Shown here piece by piece: positions 54,712-57,739 of a stretch of 57,739 nt of DNA (position 1 is its first letter; each line of letters opens with the position of its first letter). Below the pieces are notes generated by a model. That model searched no databases. It was not told the origin of the DNA and saw only the letters and a list, made by a program, of their open reading frames with translations. The translations under genes and the position numbers were made by a program. The stretch lies in the IMG/VR virus record IMGVR_UViG_3300029305_003605; one strand, given 5' to 3'. This stretch comes from a virus.

Positions 54712-54855
54712 ATGAAGACAGAAAATGAAATTAAGGAACGATTAGAATGGGCAATAAAGGCACTTGACGATGAGGATAATGCGTCAGAGTTAGACCAGAT
54801 TAAATTATGGCAATGGATAGACGCATTATCTTGGGTAATAGAAGTAAGAAAATAA
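54712..54855 (+). CDS. hypothetical protein (47 aa)
   Basis: Not in the ORF track. GAGGA upstream. It fills an otherwise empty 170-nt gap. Confidence 0.4.
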   Translation: MKTENEIKERLEWAIKALDDEDNASELDQIKLWQWIDALSWVIEVRK

Positions 54856-54885
54856 CGATAAAATGACAAATAGGAGATGATGAAA

Positions 54886-55881
54886 ATGACAGATGAAAAA
54901 ACAAAAGAAACCGAAATCGTAATTACCAATGAAACAAACGCAATAGCGGTCTATAAGGTAAATTATGAAGATGTAAAAAACTATTTAGCAACAGAGTTAA
55001 AGAAGTATGACAATCTTCTCGTAACAGAGGAGTATATGTCAATGGCAAAGAAATCTCGTGCGGAATTAAACGCAATGAAAAAGGATTTGCAGGCACGGTT
55101 GAGTGAGGTAAGAAACGCACAGTTAAAACCGTACAACGATTTGAAGGCAAATTACACAGACGCATTAGAAAAGATGATTGATGAGCATTTAGTTAAGATT
55201 GACAATGCTATCAAAGAGATTGAAAAGAAAAAAGCAGAGCAAAAACAGGCAGAAGTTACGGAGTATTTCAATCAAGTTAAGGCACAGGCAGAGTTAGATA
55301 TTGACATCAGACAGGTATTTAATCCGAAGTGGACAAACCAAACATACAGTATGAATAAGATTAAGGGTGAGATTGACGGATTTTTCAAAAAAATTACTGC
55401 GGATTTAGAAATCATTAGTAGTTTTGATGATGAGTTCGTTATTCCTTTGAAAAATATTTACCTTAAATGCTTTGATATGAGTGCGGTAATGCGTAACAAA
55501 ATGGAATTTGACAGAGAGAAGGCAAAACGCATAGAGGCAGAAAAAGAGGCAGAGAGATTGCGTCAAGAATTAGAGGCGGAAAAAGAAAAACAAAAACAGG
55601 CACAGGTACAGGAAGTTGTACCAGAAGTTTTAGAAATTCCGTCAGACGATGTAGAATGCGATTTAAGAGGGGTTGAAAATATCCCAGAGGAAAATATACC
55701 AGAAGGTACAGAAACTCCGCAAGATATTCCGCCTGCGTTGGCTGATGAAACAAAAAACGAAAACGAAATACCAAAATTAGAGCGAATTGAATTTTGGGTA
55801 GAAGTTACACCAGAGCAAAGACTGTTAATGCGTAATTTTGTGTTAGAAAACCATATCAGATGTGGAAAAATCGTGAGGTAA
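54886..55881 (+). CDS. DUF1351-like coiled-coil protein
   Basis: Start chosen at the third in-frame ATG, 9 nt after AGGAG. The pattern ...YLATELKKYDNLLVTEE...AKKSRAELNAMKK... is as in DUF1351 proteins found beside recT. Confidence 0.5.
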   Translation: MTDEKTKETEIVITNETNAIAVYKVNYEDVKNYLATELKKYDNLLVTEEYMSMAKKSRAELNAMKKDLQARLSEVRNAQLKPYNDLKANYTDALEKMIDEHLVKIDNAIKEIEKKKAEQKQAEVTEYFNQVKAQAELDIDIRQVFNPKWTNQTYSMNKIKGEIDGFFKKITADLEIISSFDDEFVIPLKNIYLKCFDMSAVMRNKMEFDREKAKRIEAEKEAERLRQELEAEKEKQKQAQVQEVVPEVLEIPSDDVECDLRGVENIPEENIPEGTETPQDIPPALADETKNENEIPKLERIEFWVEVTPEQRLLMRNFVLENHIRCGKIVR

Positions 55882-55886
55882 ATGGA

Positions 55887-56402
55887 ATGTCGCACTATAA
55901 AGGGAATACCTATATCTATACTGACGGTGCGTGTCAAGGAAACGGTACAGACCACTCAATAGGTGGTTGGGCATTTGTTTGCGACAGATATGACGATACA
56001 AATGGCGGTTGCAGAAAACAGATAACCAGATACGGTGGAGAGGCAGGAGCAACCAATAACAGTATGGAGTTGAGGGCAGTTTTAGAAGGTTTGATTTTCT
56101 TCTTTACCACAATGGATATTTTTGAGAGGCTCTATATCTATTCCGATAGCAAATATATCGTAAAATGTATGCAGGAAAAATGGTACGCACGGTGGGAACG
56201 GAATGGGTGGAAAAACTCAAAAGGAGAGGCAGTTGCAAACAGGCAATTATGGGAAAAAATATTATGGTATTTAAGAGAAATCGGCATAAATACAGTAGAA
56301 TTTAATTGGATAAAAGGACATAACGGAGATTTATTTAACGAAATGGCAGATAGATTAGCCGTTAAAGGACTTGAAGAAACAAAAGAAAAAACAAAGAGAT
56401 AG
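55887..56402 (+). CDS. rnhA: ribonuclease HI
   Basis: YTDGACQGNG, NNSMELRAVLEGL, IYSDSKYIV and WIKGHNG...NEMADRLA, giving the DEDD residues in their canonical contexts. Confidence 0.85.
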   Translation: MSHYKGNTYIYTDGACQGNGTDHSIGGWAFVCDRYDDTNGGCRKQITRYGGEAGATNNSMELRAVLEGLIFFFTTMDIFERLYIYSDSKYIVKCMQEKWYARWERNGWKNSKGEAVANRQLWEKILWYLREIGINTVEFNWIKGHNGDLFNEMADRLAVKGLEETKEKTKR

Positions 56403-56407
56403 ACATT

Positions 56408-56845
56408 ATGAAATTAGAAAAAAATTATAGCAAAACAAGAATTTACAAAATTTATGTTTCAATGAGAAACAGATGTGAAAGAAAAACAAGCATAAATTAT
56501 GAACGATATGGCGGTAGAGGCATAAAGGTTTGTAAATGGTGGCAAAAATTTGAAAATTTTTATAAATGGGCTATCAAAAACGGATACAATAACGATTTAA
56601 GTCTTGATAGAATAAATAATAATAAAGGTTATACACCTAAAAATTGTAGGTGGGTAGATAGAAAAACACAACAAAGAAATACTCGTGCAAATGTTGTTAT
56701 TGAATTAAACGGGGAAAGACATTGTATTGCAGAATGGGCAGAAATAACAGGAATTAACCATTCTACAATAAGAAGTCGTTATAGTAGAAAATGGAAAGCA
56801 GAAGATATATTAACAAAAAAAAGGAGAAAATTATGTCAAATTTAA
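56408..56845 (+). CDS. HNH/AP2-like DNA-binding endonuclease-family protein
   Basis: RIYKIYVSMRNRC...YERYGGRGIKVCKWW...LSLDRINNNKGYTPKNCRWV is the family pattern. Confidence 0.55.
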   Translation: MKLEKNYSKTRIYKIYVSMRNRCERKTSINYERYGGRGIKVCKWWQKFENFYKWAIKNGYNNDLSLDRINNNKGYTPKNCRWVDRKTQQRNTRANVVIELNGERHCIAEWAEITGINHSTIRSRYSRKWKAEDILTKKRRKLCQI

Positions 56846-57300
56846 ACGTAGTAACACTTGTAGGGAATTGCGGAAACACACCTGAACAAAGAGAATTTGA
56901 AAGCGGTAGTAAAGTTACCAAATTTTGTATTGGAGTTGGCAGGTGGAATAAGAAAACCGAGCAGGAAGTAACTGATTGGGTAGATATTGAAACCTTCAAC
57001 AAAATGGGAGATTATGTTAAAAAGGGTATGAAGGTATGTGTCAATGGAAGTCTGGTAACGAGTGTGTACGAGAAGGAAGACGGTACAAAGGTTAAGAGAG
57101 TGTATGTGTTGGCAAAGACCATTGAACTAATGCAACAGAAAAAAGACGGAGAAACTGCACCTACACCGACTTCTACTCCGACACCAGAGGCAACGGCTAC
57201 GGAAGACTTGGGAAGTAATGCAGATTATCCAGAAGATGAAAATACGGACTTAACCGAAGCAACGATACCAGAGATAGATGATTTTGATATTCCTTTCTAA
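56833..57300 (+). CDS. ssb: single-stranded DNA-binding protein
   Basis: Start at the internal ATG after AAGGAGA. OB-fold N-terminus (NVVTLVGNCGNTPE...) and acidic tip DDFDIPF. Confidence 0.85.
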   Translation: MSNLNVVTLVGNCGNTPEQREFESGSKVTKFCIGVGRWNKKTEQEVTDWVDIETFNKMGDYVKKGMKVCVNGSLVTSVYEKEDGTKVKRVYVLAKTIELMQQKKDGETAPTPTSTPTPEATATEDLGSNADYPEDENTDLTEATIPEIDDFDIPF

Positions 57301-57304
57301 ATTA

Positions 57305-57333
57305 TTGACAAATTATAAATTTTTATTTAAAAT
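57305..57333 (+). promoter_or_regulatory. Promoter-like element (TTGACA-17-TAAAAT)
   Basis: -35 at 57305-57310 and -10 at 57328-57333, directly after the ssb stop. Confidence 0.5.
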
Positions 57334-57364
57334 TTATATGCTACTACTAAAAAGATGTATTTAA

Positions 57365-57405
57365 TACACCCTCTATGATGTAGTAGCCATAGGGGGTGTA
57401 TTTTT
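57365..57405 (+). terminator. Rho-independent terminator / attenuator
   Basis: 13-bp stem TACACCCTCTATG/CATAGGGGGTGTA (one G-T pair), a 10-nt loop, then TTTTT. Confidence 0.7.
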
Positions 57406-57421
57406 ATGAAGGGCTACTACA

Positions 57422-57739
57422 ATGAAAACAAAATTTTGTAAAAATTGCGGAAAAGAAAAATCAATTAAGGAATTTTATCGACATTCAAACACAAAAGACG
57501 GATATTTTAATATATGCAAAGAATGCGTGATAAAAAGAGCAAAAAATTATAGAAAAGAAAATATAGAAAAAGTAAGAGAATACGACAGAAACCGACCAAA
57601 TAAAGAAGAACGATATGTAAAAAATAAAGAGTATGTAAAAAATAATAGAAAACGTGTTAATGAGGCAAAATTAAATTGGAAAAAAAGAAATAAAGATAAG
57701 GCAAATGCTTATGTAAAAGTAAATAGAGCAATAGAAAAA
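57422..57739 (+). CDS. HNH endonuclease, N-terminal part (continues at 2..286)
   Basis: Begins MKTKFCKNCGKEK...ICKEC (zinc finger). The ORF is open to the window end and continues in frame at the window start, for 158 aa in total. Confidence 0.75.
   Translation, partial: MKTKFCKNCGKEKSIKEFYRHSNTKDGYFNICKECVIKRAKNYRKENIEKVREYDRNRPNKEERYVKNKEYVKNNRKRVNEAKLNWKKRNKDKANAYVKVNRAIEK
57613..57739. repeat. Terminal overlap identical to 1..127
   Basis: See the first feature. Confidence 0.9.

Overview
This window is a complete, circularly closed genome of an AT-rich tailed dsDNA phage with a contractile tail. The first and last 127 bp are identical, which gives a unit length of 57,612 bp. Every credible gene is on the + strand.

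Layout:
- An early/DNA-metabolism arm runs from about 44.3 kb, wraps through the junction, and ends at about 8.2 kb. It carries a RecT + YqaJ-type exonuclease pair, RNase H, SSB, a replisome organiser plus DnaC-like loader, an NPPY methyltransferase, a MazG-like protein, HNH/GIY-YIG/VRR-NUC nucleases and many small ORFs. Three near-identical promoter+leader cassettes (3.0, 45.0 and 52.7 kb) drive it.
- A late operon runs from about 8.4 to 44.1 kb. It encodes two ParB-like paralogs, a radical-SAM enzyme, a T4 beta-glucosyltransferase-like protein, terminase, portal, a Mu-F-like head protein, a fused ClpP-like/HK97-like protease, an HK97-fold capsid protein, neck, sheath, tube, a frameshifted chaperone, tape measure, a Mu gp43-gp48-like baseplate, several fibre genes and a holin/M15 endolysin cassette.

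Most notable observations:
1. A complete diversity-generating retroelement. The VR lies in the C-terminus of the 489-aa tail fibre, the TR is 398 bp downstream, and all 19 mismatches fall on TR adenines. The reverse transcriptase has an IGNLTSQ motif. No recognisable Avd is present, the non-coding flanks are GC-rich, and a small ORF overlaps the RT stop.
2. A radical-SAM gene lies one nucleotide upstream of a glycosyltransferase that is collinear with T4 DNA beta-glucosyltransferase. No hydroxymethylase is recognisable anywhere in the genome, so this is a candidate new DNA-hypermodification route.
3. An origin-like non-coding hub at 44.1-44.35 kb contains an 11-bp inverted repeat, nine in-phase TTATYC hexamers and a 28-bp hairpin motif. 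It has a partner inside the replisome-organiser gene and a third motif copy at 7.8 kb.
4. A single polypeptide carries two different prohead-protease domains.

Functional calls come from motif recognition by eye, with no database search, so they are hypotheses of graded confidence.
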